From Bugula neritina (taxonomy: Eukaryota; Animalia; Bryozoa), in contig OZ037769.1 of the NCBI GenBank assembly GCA_964035545.1, forward strand, positions 11,128,633-11,192,632: DNA of 64,000 nucleotides, read 5' to 3'. Both the position numbers and the translations under genes were made by a program. How positions within the stretch are numbered: position 1 is the stretch's first letter; each line of letters opens with the position of its first letter. Of this stretch, positions 51,701-64,000 are shown one piece after another. A model generated the notes under the pieces. That model saw only the letters and a list, made by a program, of their open reading frames with translations. It did no database searches and had not been told where the DNA came from.

Positions 51701-54700
51701 CCTCCGACCATCAATATCATAGTATATCTTGCCTTTCTTCAAATTCTCAGACGTTTTCTTTTCTTCATGATCCTGGAATAAGACAACAAAACAAAACTGC
51801 TTTAGTTTAGGCATACATTAATAGTGTATTTCAATCAATTGACAAAATATTAGCTTTGGAGTTGTATTCACATACATCACTACGTCTGGCTACACATGTT
51901 TATATGATTTCAGTCATCTACCACCATAACAGTAAAAGAAACAACCATTGGTCTATAATTTATATATAAGTATAATATTTAATATTAAATTAATAATATC
52001 AGCAAGTTGGTATTAGCACACTAACACGGACAACTTGATCCTTTGCATCATGGTAGCTCAGTTTATATGAGTTGTCCTCTCTCTGTAAGGTGTTGCGGCC
52101 TGACTGAGGTCTGTGTGTTAATCGATACTGACTAGAGCGCGTGGACACACTCACCTTTAAATGGAGAATAAAAACATGTTTCACATTGTTATAATCACTC
52201 AAAGTATAGTTCATAAAATGCATCTGTCTAAGGAAACACTGCAGTTTGACGTTTCTACTTCAACACAGTAACTACTTGGAAATACTTCTAATAGGGTTGT
52301 TCAAATTGGAAGTCTTGAATAATAATGCAGATTGCAGAAGTGTTGGCTAAATGAGTAAAAATATAGCCACACGTAGAGAATCTTCTGCTAAATCATTGTA
52401 TGTACTTGCTAATAGTTCATAGGAGATCCAGCTCACTGTACTTACTTTAAATTCATATGATAAAAAGTTAGAAATATAGTTTACATAATTATGTGCATCT
52501 AATCATCTTATGATGCTAATTTACCAAAACGTTCTAATAACTTTAACAGACTAATGACAGTGTCTATCTTACTGCAGCATATAAAAACATGCAGTTAGCA
52601 GAAAGTTCACCCAATACTCAAACTAGTTCAATTTACTACCAAACTGCATTTCATATATTAACCTAACTAGCTAGTGTAGCTGTCTACTTCAATGTAGGCA
52701 TATTATTTTAAAGAAATAGGCTCAAGCACTGGCTAACACTATGTAAACAATATTTACAACTAATTCACTATGTTAGCTACCATTGAATGTTATGTAAAGT
52801 TGCCCTTTATGGCAGAGTCTGATTAACAAAGGCATACAACTAATTGACTATTGACCTTTTTCCAGCTGATCAACTTTGTATTCAGTGCTGATTTATTGGT
52901 AATATAGTTTCTAGGCCATTATGTCATTTAACTAGAAACTACACAGTGCATTGACAAAAATACAATAGAAAAAAGTGTGTTTACAGAGCAAAGTAACAGA
53001 GTAAACGTCTGTCCACGCTGGGGTGTTTCTGTAAAAAAACAAGGCTATTGAAACCAGCCGTAACAAAATCGGAGACGTGATGAAAATGACACTGAGACAA
53101 TACTAATTTTAGCACAAACCTCTTCGCATGGGCAAAGATTTTCATGTTCAATAAGAATAAAAAGATACTTTGCCCGAGCTTGTGAAATTATGAATTGATA
53201 CTTAATTTCTAAACTATTCAGTCAACCAAAGTAGGCAGGAGTCTTAAAACTGTTTGTTTATATACAAAGGCACCCAAATCTGGACAGCCTGGACATGCAA
53301 CATTCCCAGACCTTACAAGTTCTTCTTTACTCAGCATATATCATAAACTTACAGTGAGAGAGTCTTTTCTATTTGGTGAAGCTGATCTGTTTCTAGCCTC
53401 ATTTCTACGAGAGCTTCTTCTGCTAGATGCGGTGGAGGACTGTGGCCTAGATGACCGACCCTCCTTGAACTCCTAGAAATTCAGATTACAGCAGAAAGAA
53501 TGAGATGAGAATGGCTAGCAACAGCACACAAAGTGTAACCATATATTGATTGTGATACAGAAGGAAACAGCTTAGAAAAAGTATCACCAAAGTTCATAGC
53601 ATGACGTATGCAAATAGATTTGTTATAATCTAGCTTATAGGTAACTGAAAATGAACATATGAAAGGATATGGCTGAAATTTATAAGGAAACTGCCTTAAA
53701 CTCAACATACTGTTTCATTACACATCAAATTGAGATGTAAATCATTCTAAGTCAGTTTCAGTTACTTTGTAGCAGACGTTTATTTAGTAGACAACTCTTA
53801 CTTCACACTGAAACTGTAGACTAAACAGTAGAGTTATGAAAGTATTACTCACATAGGAAGCTAAAATTCTGCTAGCACCATTAACAAGCCTTTTACACTC
53901 TTTGTTATCTATCCAACCAGAAGGGCAAGACCTCCGCATCCTTGGTTTGGCATGAGACGGCTCTGAGAAAGCCCTGCAATAGATGGTAAACAGGTGTTTT
54001 ATTATTTCAATACGAATCTCACAGTGATGGAGGAAAAATAAATTAGGATGAAATAAAAGTTTACTTTTCCATGGTTGGCTCGGGATTTCCATAGCCCTTG
54101 CGTTTGACCTGTCTAGGTTTGGTGGACCATTCACCGAGCGTCCCGGTGATGTACTTGTCGGAGTTCTTAGAATACTTTGTGCTGCCACCCTGAGCTCCGA
54201 CACCCATCCAGGGAGGCTGCAATCAGTCCAACAAATGAAATTAACCAAACAACTAACGGCTAACACCCTATCACTTCCATTAAAGCTGTAAGTTTTTAAT
54301 TGTTATTGTTGTAATGTGAAGCACATTTACAAGATTTACACAAAGACCATCCTATGATATGGAGGCATTGTTTGAACATGGACAGAGATCTTGTTCCAGT
54401 AAATGCAGTGACTCCTTTGTCACATAAATAAACAGTCCTTGATTATCTCTACTTAATTACAGCACAAAATCTATAAATAGCTGAGTCAGCTATTCGAGGC
54501 AATGCAAGCACGTAGCAGCCACGAGGCTGAGTAAATAGCTGCAGTGTTGTTAGGGTACACGTTACAAGCTGACACAAACTTCACAACTTTTATGAATAAA
54601 CAAGACAGTTGAGAATTGCGACAAGCAGTAGCTAATATGAGTGGTTTGGCAGTAAGCACAGTTGGTTACTCAGCTAGTGTCAAGGACACTTTACCTTGTC

Positions 54701-57700
54701 CAGATACACCCTGTCTATGAAATCTAGAAGTGGCACTGGCTGCAGGGAATATTAATAAAAGTGAAAGTCATAATAATGAAAACAACAGAACAGCACATCT
54801 ATCAAAAGCAGCATACCAAATAAAGTAGAGCGAAAATACTGCTAGCACACCTAGTGTAACATAATGATTACTAATTTCTAAATGAAATTCATTTTTGCTG
54901 ACACTTAAAAAGAAAATTATCAAGACTGAAGTAGCACTTGTTATGCCAATTTCTATCCACATTTCTATCTCACAGTCATTGAAAATCTCAGTAGATCTAC
55001 TGTTGTGCAGACAGGAAAAGTGTATTTACACATATTTTAAGAAAATGGCCATACAGACAGAATAGAGAAAGACATCTCACCACATAGGTCACTCTGTCCA
55101 TAGTCTTTTTCATCAGCTTCTGCATTCGTTTAGCTTCAGAAGTTGAAGCTTCTTCCTAGAAGATATTTAGACACAGCTACATTATAAGCACACACTATAT
55201 AATATATACAATATATACAAATGATAGCTAAAAATAGTTCTATGATATCAGCATTCTTGCCTTCATAAAATTACTTTAAAAAATCTATTAAATATCTATA
55301 AAATCAACAAAAAAATTTGAGTAAACGCTCACAGCCGATCAACTTCGTAACAAATCTGTTAGAATTCTAAGAACTGTCCAATACGCATTGACAGAGTTAA
55401 ACTCACAGTGTCCATATGCGTGATCTTCTGTTTGACAGTCGGGTGGCTGTAGAAGTGTTTCACTGATCTGTCATGTAGACCTTCGTACAGCAACATGGGT
55501 CTCTGCAACACACAAACTAAATCAGTCACAAGTAAAACACTTTGTTTTGGGAGGAGCGAAACCAATTCACCAATAAGTCAGTCACTTTTACACTCTTCAC
55601 ACAGTTGAGCCTGTTTCAGTTGCCATATTTGTATTTCTTTAGTTGCCATATTTTTATTTCTTTAGCTGCCATTTTTGTATTTCTTTAGCTGCCATATTTG
55701 TATTGATGAAGCGAAGATTTCTATTAATTGGTTGTCAGGTTGAATTTAATTGAATATAACTACTCATTAAAAAGACTAATCACTGCAATTCAGTAGCTTC
55801 AACTAGTGAATTTATTCAACTACAGCCGCCATCATATTGATTGAAAGTGGAGTCAATGCTCAGTGAATAAGCAAATTAATACACTTAACACACAGTATAT
55901 AACAACTTACACTCTTCAAGCATGGATAATCAGGTCGTGGACATTCAGGCCCACTGAGATCAAACCCATCCTCTTGTCGTCTGATCTCGAAATAGTATTT
56001 CCTGTAACATTATTACCCAAGACTTAAATACTGCCATTCAGTATATTTGGAGGGTTGGGGTCAATTACATATGAATGTAATTAATTACCATTACAATTAC
56101 ATGGCAATGTAATTAATTGCAATTACAATTACTTTTGCTCTCACAACATAGAAATAGAAGTTATATAATCGCACTTCTGGGGTCCAACTATCTGGGGTAA
56201 TTTTGACAGCCAGCGGAGAACCTCCTTTGTTCCCAACAGCGATTAATAGGGTAACATAAAACCACATCTAATTAATCTGAACTTTTTATTAACCATTAGG
56301 CATGGTAGGAAAAGTATGAATTTCAATTTAAAAATGTAAAGTAATTGTTATGTAATTATAAAGTAATTGTAAAAATCAATTACATTGGCTATGTAATTAA
56401 TTACAATTACAATCACATTTTTATACATCAATTACAAAAAGTACATTCAATTACTTGAAAAAATGTAATTAATTACAACCAATTACAATTGCAAATTACA
56501 TTACCACAACCCTGATATTGGAGGTGGTTACATTTATTTAATATGTTACTCAACAAACAGGTGGAGATAAATTATTAGAAAATCAACATTTTCTAATGTG
56601 GAGTGTTCAGCTTAGCAAATGCTACGTTGAATGACATCACAAAAAACTATTTGCTTTATAGATAAATCTCCAACTTTGCTAAGCAACACAAAGTAAACAA
56701 TGCGGGTCCAGTTGATTTTATTTAGTAGAGAAGGTATTGGTAAGAAAATACATAGCATTGTCATATGTAGTTATTGAATAACATACTATCTAGTCCCTTG
56801 ACAAAACAATATTGGAATTATGAAAAAGTTTTTATCCGAACGAAATCCAACTCATAATTAATGTGAGATTTCTTCCGCTGTTGAAATTCACCAGCTCAAT
56901 GCAAAAAAGATGTGTAACACAGACTAAAATTCTTGGGCAAGTTGCAGGTGGAATAGATTTTGTGGTCAAACAAAAATTGATAGAATCAAAGACACTCTAA
57001 GGAAGAATGTCATGAAATAATAAAAGTATTATCAAATTGAAAAATAGTAGAAAAGTTTAAATATGCCTGTTTGTTTGTGATAAAACATCTTATCTTGGAT
57101 TAAATTTATAAAATAAATAGAAAAAATTTGTTATTAACATATTACCAGATTTAACAGCAGACTATCATTGAAATTACATCAATAAGCAAGAAGTGGCAAA
57201 TATTAGATTAAAAATTTAATAATCTAAAACTAATAAATGTGACAGGCAAAACTGCTAAAAAGAAAATTATAAATTATTGATTTTATTCCAGATCCCTTTT
57301 CTTATTTGAAAAGTATATAAGATTCATATCAAGCCACATGAAATACCACATTTATTACAGTAGTTCACTGCGTATCACCAGGAGAAGTCAGAAAGTATGA
57401 CATAATCAAAAATGTGAGACTGCGTTTATAAACATTTTAACTGTTTGTCAGAGTTGAGTTACAATTTGTATATCAATTAATAACCTGGTCAGAAATATTA
57501 AAAGCAAATAACAAATCGAAAAATATCTAAAAATTGAAACTAAAAGCCTGTTGAGGTGTCCTGACAAAATATTGAAAATTTTGGCAAAGAGACTCAAATA
57601 ATTTGCTCTGGATGTGAGCTTAATAAATTCTTTACTGAGAACTTAGAACATCTCGATATACAATAGAGTTTAGTAATGTCTTGCTAGAAGTTATTTAATT

Positions 57701-57921
57701 ACTCAAATTAATACAAATCAAATATTAATTACTAATAACAGAAGAATATTTTCACTTGGCTTTACTTAAAATTGCTTATGAAACCAACCAGAAAACATAT
57801 ATCATTACATAATGCAACTATTTTAAAACTGAAATGAAAAGTCTACTTACAACTGCTTAGAAACTGTTTTCACAAGATCCCGGTGGGAAGGGGGTTTCTT
57901 TGGAGAGCCTTTTTTCACCAT
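42703..57921 (-). CDS. Large multi-exon protein (~1050 aa) with a PLAT/LH2 domain and C-terminal ankyrin repeats
   Basis: 21 phase-consistent exons: 57921-57851, 56001-55911, 55502-55407, 55155-55081, 54739-54695, 54216-54065, 53973-53853, 53472-53353, 52154-52026, 51772-51585, 50113-50021, 49647-49419, 48928-48667, 48186-48034 (these two = PLAT: YKIVVKTG..VHVVLFGNRG..IGHD..WFLDSV..FLCKKWL), 47736-47635, 47474-47284, 46638-46435, 46030-45858, 44991-44746, 44120-43932 (ankyrin: GNTALHLA, KTPLHLAA, GRTPVDMA), 42931-42703 (TGA). Likely 5' UTR exon donor at 58529. Confidence 0.85.
45325..45472 (+). mobile_element. tRNA-derived SINE copy (5'-truncated)
   Basis: B box GGGTTCGAACCC, family body, and tail GGGTTCTCACAGGGAT shared with ~3598-3615. 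Confidence 0.72.
48520..48666. repeat. ~21-bp tandem repeat re-creating GTAAGT donors
   Basis: (ATATACTTACTCTATCATATA)n starting at the exon 48667 donor and degrading distally. Confidence 0.85.
49923..50062. repeat. 44-bp tandem triplication spanning an exon/intron junction
   Basis: Units start at 49923, 49967 and 50011 (partial at 50055); each full unit contains AG|GTGAGT on the minus strand. Confidence 0.92.
50268..50480. mobile_element. MITE-like element with inverted 15-bp subrepeats (GGTAAAAATGGCACA / TGTGCCATTTTTACC)
   Basis: 2-3 forward units on the left and 4-5 reverse-complement units on the right, ending CACCGGACACC. Confidence 0.65.
51361..51520 (-). mobile_element. tRNA-derived SINE copy (most complete head)
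   Basis: GAGCAGCCGTGGTCTAGGGGTTAGAGCGCTGG...GGTTTGAATCCC (A and B boxes) followed by the family body. Confidence 0.78.
55612..55703. repeat. ~23-bp minisatellite x4 (AGTTGCCATATTTGTATTTCTTT)
   Basis: Direct reading. Confidence 0.85.
56051..56514. mobile_element. Non-autonomous DNA transposon (hAT-like) with AATTAC/GTAATT subterminal arrays
   Basis: Termini AGGGTTGGGGT... / ...ACCACAACCCTG; many AATTAC repeats at both ends; near-duplicated flanks ATATTTGG / ATATTGG. Confidence 0.7.
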
Positions 57922-58528
57922 ACTGCAGCCTAAGCAATGACATTAAAGCTACAAAATAGAACATACTTTAGTAGTTTGTCAGTTACAAGCTGATATTAAC
58001 TGCTACTAACTGCATTGCAGTTGAACAAATTCAAAGAGATACTGAAAAATATTTCCAACAACCTGCATAGTGCATATCATGTAATTGTAGTGCCTAAATC
58101 TGTTTTGTACAATAATATTGGCCATAGATGCTTTAGAGATGGTGAGCTTGTAAAACTAGTAGCCTATGGGACCAGTTATTGTAACATTAACATGGCAAAA
58201 ATGTCAACAGAGTGGCTTTTTGTACAAAAATTGTATACCATGGTGAATGGTGCAAGCAAAAATTTCACAATAAATTATAAATTTGGGCAATTAAAAGTTA
58301 ACCACTGCAGTAGCTCAAGTTTAAATAAGTAAAAGTTTAGAAAAAGAAATAAGGATAGTTTCAAACTTTTAAAATATTAATAACAACACTTATCTTAATT
58401 ACGTGAGCCAATTTAATATTTCCTTTACTAAGCGTTAAGCTTAGGTTTAGTAGATATAATGCAAATTTAATAAAAGAAATTCAGTTTTAATCTTGTTTCA
58501 CTACAGTTACAAACAACTTGCACTTTAC

Positions 58529-59062
58529 CTAAGGTCTACTTCAAGGAAGCAGAGCTGGAAGTTTTCAAATATTCGTATCAGTTAGCGCTGCGATTTCATG
58601 TATAACTGATTTTTAAACTACAACTTAAACTTGAAATTATTGTCAATATAAAGAAGAAATTGAAAATAAATGCCCATTAGGCACTATGACTATCACTATG
58701 AGTATGGCTATCGCAGAGCTACGCTATTGTAAGTGCGTCACTGGAGATCGAGATGAGAAGTTTTGCACTACAGGTCGATCTGTTAAAACTTAAACTTACG
58801 TTGACTTAGTAACTACAAGAGAAAATTATATCCTTATATCGAGTGCCAATCACAGTCACACTGACAAAACGACGCCGTCTCCGAGTGACCGATGATCAAT
58901 CTGATTCTGAATAAGTCAAAGTAAAACTAAATGTCCCGTTTCTTCAACTCACCCTGTCAATCACTATGAGTATCAGTATGAGTATGAGGGTGTGGCTGTT
59001 ACTGTTAATCTGTGAGAACAGTACTCACTGTAGTGGGGTCTTTCGGTAAAAACGTCAACAAC
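58529..59062. promoter_or_regulatory. Probable bidirectional promoter between the PLAT-ankyrin gene (-) and STAT (+)
   Basis: Divergent donors (minus-strand TAG|gtaaag at 58529; plus-strand AAC|gtaagc at 59062), local CpG enrichment and a repeated CACTATGA(G/C)TAT motif. Confidence 0.5.
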
Positions 59063-59664
59063 GTAAGCTAGTGGTTTTTTTAATTAAGAAATAATGTAAG
59101 CTGCTACTAGTGCTTATTCGAAGTTTGGGGGAAACGAGTGTTCACAATCATTATCATTATGATTATACCAATAATTCCTCTTTAAATCCGATCGACATGT
59201 GGTCTCACTGTGCTCGTCGTTTAGACAATGCGCAAATGAAAATAACAAAATACTTGTATGTTAAAACAATAATTTAAAAGTATTACAGTTTTACAAATTT
59301 AAATTTTCTGTATTTATTTTAATTTTATGATGTTTTGTTAACATTATTTGTTTGAAAAAGATTTTATAAAATAATATATTAAAAACTTTTTTAGCGTTAC
59401 AATATCTTATTGTTGCTAAGCTGCTGTAGTCCTCGAAGAATAGTTACAATAGTCAAGAAAAGACAACTAACATTTTTAGACTTGTTCAAAAAATCAGTTG
59501 ACAATTTTGGTAAAATTGAAAATTCGTGAAGCGGTTCAAAGTTAAATATACATGGACAAAAATGTTGTATTTATTTTATAATAACTACTACATGTAAATA
59601 AAGCACATGTGTGTATTTAAAGTCTACATGCTTGATTTTTAAGCAGACTAATGACTTGTTCCTT

Positions 59665-59748
59665 ATTGTGGCAAAGGAACCATTATGAATGAATGCCCTT
59701 CCTAGCATCATCAATGGCCTTTTCAATCACTAGACCACAGCTACTCCC
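59665..59748 (-). mobile_element. Degenerate, internally deleted copy of the same SINE
   Basis: CTAGACCACAGCTACTC head and CATCATCAATGGCCTTT body match the 32866-33018 copy. Confidence 0.6.
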
Positions 59749-60096
59749 CATGCAAAATATCTAAGATATTTTAGCAAGCAAATACTGTTTAGTAGGCAGG
59801 TGAAAAAATGTTTCCATTGTTACATATTATAGAGTTATCGTTTTTAAGTTGATAATTTACATAGTAACATGTATAACTATTGCTACCCTTCTACAAGTTA
59901 CTCAGAGTTATTCTCTCTCTCTAGCTCTTGTCTTACTTTGAAGTCATTCCCAAAGAAAGGTAGAGTGCAGTGTATAATACAACAGGTGCAACATACTACA
60001 ATGAGATCCCCAAGCATGAATCATACATGCAAGAATCATATTTTTATATTTATAAGATGCATGTAATTAACAGAAGCTAAAGATTTTGCAGGTAAT

Positions 60097-60830
60097 ATTT
60101 AATCTTATCACCGGTTACATTCCAAGAAATTGCCTCCATATTCCCTCCACAACTTCTCTTTTATTGGTTCTTTTTAGATCCTGTATGCTCTGCACCTTCA
60201 TAGACAGCCATATTATTATATATAATATTATATATAATAATATATATAATAATATATATAATATTATATATAATATTATATATAATATTATATATAATAA
60301 TATATTTGAAACTTGTGAAATATATGAAACCGTCAAGTTGAAACAAGTGTCCCCATTTAGTTGTAATTGCATTGACTAAACTGAAACGAGTTGAGATATT
60401 TTTGTAATATGGCTTATAAATACATTACCTTGCTTGAATGCTTAACAACTTGTCGGTTTCATATATTTCAAGTTTCAAATATTAGTTTTAGTCTATGGCT
60501 ATTTCATGCCATGGCGTTGCTGTAGCATAATTATGTTGTTAAAGCTGTGAAAGTTCATTTGATAGAAGATTCTAGTCAGTTTCCTTCAACCTGGACATCA
60601 TAAATTCATTATAAATGTAAAAAAGATGGGGGTGACTGTACTTACATATGGCAAGTATGTGGTATTGGGTTGGTCACATGACCTGTCTGGTATATGTATT
60701 ATTATTATATATATGGCTGTCTATAGAGGTGCAGGGCATACAGGATCTAAAAAAAACCAATGAAAAGGAAGTTGTGGGGGGAATATGGAGGCAATTTCTT
60801 GGAACTGTAACCAGTGATAAGATAAAATTA
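60097..60830. repeat. Nested inverted repeats (outer ~120-bp arms, inner ~45-bp arms; MITE-like)
   Basis: 60097-60215 vs 60705-60830 and 60300-60340 vs 60447-60484 are reverse complements with few mismatches. Confidence 0.85.
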
Positions 60831-62673
60831 TAAAACCATACTTAGCTAAAAATACGTTCCCGCTGTTAGTAATGAGGGTGGAAAATTATTTACCTTGTAA
60901 GTACATATCTGTTTATAATTTAGGAAACAAGGCTAACATCTGTTATCTCAACCAGTCTCAGCGAAGTGTACTATATGCAATTCAATTTGGCTACTCCTAC
61001 CTTACACACCATATTATAGTAGACACACCATATAGTAGACTCTATAATATATCTAATTTTTGGATCCGGAAACTGCAGCTCTCCACACAGTATAAACCGT
61101 CTTTTATTATATATCAACACCGAAGCAGCTAACTTGGTAAGTCTAAGATATGATGATTATTAAAACAAGAATTGCTTTGGGTCAATACTTCGTTCATAAA
61201 CAGTGTTTATTCTATGGTCAACCACTTTTTATATATGAATTTGGCTACAAGAATATACTTGTTATATAATTATTGTTATTTTATGCCAGGTTTTACTGCT
61301 AATAACTAATCTACCAATCTAAAAATAGTAACTGCAGATGGTAACAAAGAATAATATGTATGCGAAATGATTGGTTTTCATAAATTTTAACAACTTTTTC
61401 AATAGTAATTTTAGTAATGCTGTTTGGGTAATTGTTTTATTTGCTTTAAATTTAGTTTAGCAAGAATTTTTGCCAAGTTGAAATAAAGTTACACTTTTAT
61501 GTTAAACTTTAATTTATTTTCAAAGTCTTTTTCTGCTATGCAAATTGTCTTGTATAGTAAAATAGTATAAAGTGCTTAGTAAAGTACTATAAAGTATGTA
61601 ATGAAGAGCTATAGAGCTGTAAAGTGATAAAAGGGGGGCTCAATGCTGGTACACAGAGTCGAAAGTCTTGAACAATAATTGACTTCATGATCATTATTTG
61701 TCTTCTCTTTACACACATTTAATTTTATTACTATTTAAAATAATCTACTACTTTATTGCATTTATAAAGTCAAAAAAAATGAAACTAGATCCCTGTATTT
61801 CAGAAAGATCTGATTAGATCAGGTTATGCTATTAAGGATACTTCCTATTTACTGTATATGAAGCTATATTATATAATAAATGTGTCCCCTTCTGGATTAA
61901 GTACTATTTGAGATTGAATTGCTCACATGCTCTTGAAAAGATAAGAAGAAAAAAGTTCCTTCAATCTATTTATAAAATGACATGCGTCACAAAATGTCCT
62001 ACATTTTTATCTGGTGTTGGCTTTAAAGAGCAAACAAAGAGTAGCGTTTCTTGTAAGAAGTGACCTGATGCAGTGTTGAGATGCAGAAAATATTTTTGTA
62101 ATTGGCTGTTTGTCTTTTACCCCAAAACAATATGCTCACATTATTGCAAAGAACCAGTAGCTTTACATAATATGTAGTTTATACAAGTAGTAAAAAAGTT
62201 TACAAGTGGAAAAATATCCCTGCTAGTTTATGATATTTTATAGTTTTTTTTTATCAGTTCATACCTTTTTCCTACTTTAATTTGACCGGCCTAGTTTCAA
62301 CAGCTTCTCTGATTTCATTTCTACATTATATAAAAATGTGTAGCTAGCGTAATTTTATTGTTTGCTATCTACTGATTTAAGTGTTTATCTTTTATGAACA
62401 AGCATACAGTAAAAACTTATGATGAGGACAATATTTAAACAGCAATAACCAGCCGACTATTATGGCTCAGACTGACTATTATATAGGGTGCTTACCGCTA
62501 ATTTTTTTACACACCAGACAGATTTCTTTGACCAATTTTTTCAAACTTCCTGCTCATATAGGTACAGGCTAAATGATATTGCATGCAACTCACCAACTCT
62601 CTGCCAGTTATTACAAAACTATTAAATCTTGCAGATATACTGCCAAAGCGGCAGCAGTGTCAGCCAAGTGACA

Positions 62674-62804
62674 ATGACACTGTGGGCACAGACTCAGCAG
62701 CTCACAGGAAGCCTTCGGCAGCAAGTCAATGACCTTTACACCACGGAGCAGCTGCCGTATGAAGTGCGCCATAGTATCGCCCCCTGGCTTGAGGCTCAAC
62801 CTTG
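62674..62804 (+). CDS. STAT: STAT transcription factor (STAT5-like), first coding exon (N-terminal protein-interaction domain); gene continues beyond the window
   Basis: MTLWAQTQQLTGSLRQQVNDLYTTEQLPYEVRHSIAPWLEAQP(W) resembles the STAT5 N-terminus (MAVWIQAQQL..LY..FPIEVRHYLSQWIESQAW); acceptor ttgcag at 62634 and donor TG|gtaaga splitting the Trp codon. Confidence 0.92.
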
Positions 62805-64000
62805 GTAAGAATTATTTACTGGATAACACGCTCTAAATTGTAGTATACATTTCCCACCTTTCTACAGCTCACCTGGACGACTATAGTCCTGCACAGGTAG
62901 ACGTAAATTGTTATATGATGCTGCGTTCAAATCTTGTGAAATAGTGTACAAAACTGTATGACATTTGTGAATTTATTTTATATAACAGATCATTTATTCA
63001 GTATATCATATGGTGCCAATTAATGAGTGGAGTTGACAAAATCCATGAAGGTTCAGTTATACACACAAGTTTTGCAGCATATTTTGTTATAGTCATTTAA
63101 ATTAACTAGAAGTCTACAAAAAGAACGATAACTTTATAGGCAAAGCAAAGTTCTTGCTTTGTAGTTTTGGCATTTTCAAAGTTAAATTGATGATTCCACT
63201 TTGAATAGTTTGAAAGAGCTCTTATATATTATGAATATTTCATCAAATTATGCATTAATAAAAAGGAGAAACATAAAGTTCTAGTAATAATTCATAATTG
63301 TAAAAAACATATATTATGATACAATCACCTTACTATATAAACTTGGCCAACAGTGCTAACTGCATCATATTATATGGACTAAAGTTTTATCAAGAACTTG
63401 CTAAAAAACCAGAGAACAAAAGCTTTATATAAGCAATAATTTTTTGATGGATTACTTTTTTGTTCAATTTATATTAATGATATTTATTATACTATCATCA
63501 TAGTGTTATAGGTTTTTATAATTCTTGTTTTAAGTTATATATGGATTACATTCTTTCTATTCACTGGGCATTCATTGCATAAAAGATTTAGACATTCGTG
63601 GTTGACTATAAATCAATGATAATCAGTTTAACTCTAAACAATAAATCTTATATTATCTCTAACTTTAGATAATGTTAACATCCCAAACAATAATTAGACA
63701 AATCCACAACATAATATATTGGTGAACTTACAATCATGTGAACAGTAGTATGGCATCTTACACAATAATGAATCGAGGATATTCATAAATTCATCAGCAT
63801 CTTCTTATACAAAGAAAAAAAATAAAATAATGAGAATATTCTTTGTTTTGACTACCTTTGCAAAATAGCCATCTGGATTGCTTTAATTAAATGTAAGGAC
63901 TAATTGGTTCATTCGTTTTTATAAATCCTGTTAAATGCATTATCATGATCAGCTCTAATTGTTCTGCTAAGAATTAGGTGAATAGTACTAAGCAAAATTT

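Noticed and set aside
57350-57620. Exon-like plus-strand segments inside the PLAT-ankyrin intron
   Set aside because: Could not assemble a consistent open frame or recognise a domain; possibly a decayed transposon.
60086-60833. Similar ORFs on opposite strands (IWLS..VQ.IQDLK.TN..EVV.GIWRQFLG)
   Set aside because: By-product of the inverted repeat arms plus an AT minisatellite; no evidence of coding.
62611-62799. Minus-strand 62-aa ORF
   Set aside because: Antisense of the STAT exon.

Overview
AT-rich, intron-containing animal genomic DNA, probably from a spiralian/lophotrochozoan invertebrate (inferred from the nAChR type). It is not prokaryotic, and no CRISPR, rRNA or bona fide tRNA genes were seen. 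Contents from left to right: (1) a minus-strand nicotinic acetylcholine receptor alpha subunit gene, 3' end off the window, with the anion-selective 'PPESPAK' M1-M2 motif and several candidate alternative signal-peptide first exons; (2) a 7.26-kb Ty3/Gypsy LTR retrotransposon (18822-26077, minus) with identical 567-bp LTRs and a tRNA-Leu PBS but at least 4 disabling lesions; (3) an Mpv17/PMP22-family gene (minus) whose ATG appears split by an intron; (4) upstream of that gene's coding exons, probably in its first intron, an intact compact 4.27-kb LTR retrotransposon (35762-40031, plus) with atypical RT/RNase H motifs; (5) a 21-coding-exon, ~1050-aa PLAT + ankyrin-repeat gene (minus); (6) the first coding exon of a STAT5-like gene (plus), head-to-head with gene 5. 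SINEs, MITEs and mini/microsatellites are also present. The most striking observation is that the second LTR element has no canonical TGG primer-binding site. The 12 nt abutting its 5' LTR are instead the exact complement of nucleotides 1-12 (the 5' end) of eukaryotic tRNA-Phe, suggesting priming by a very short 5' tRNA fragment. All gene models were built by hand from splice signals and reading-frame continuity.
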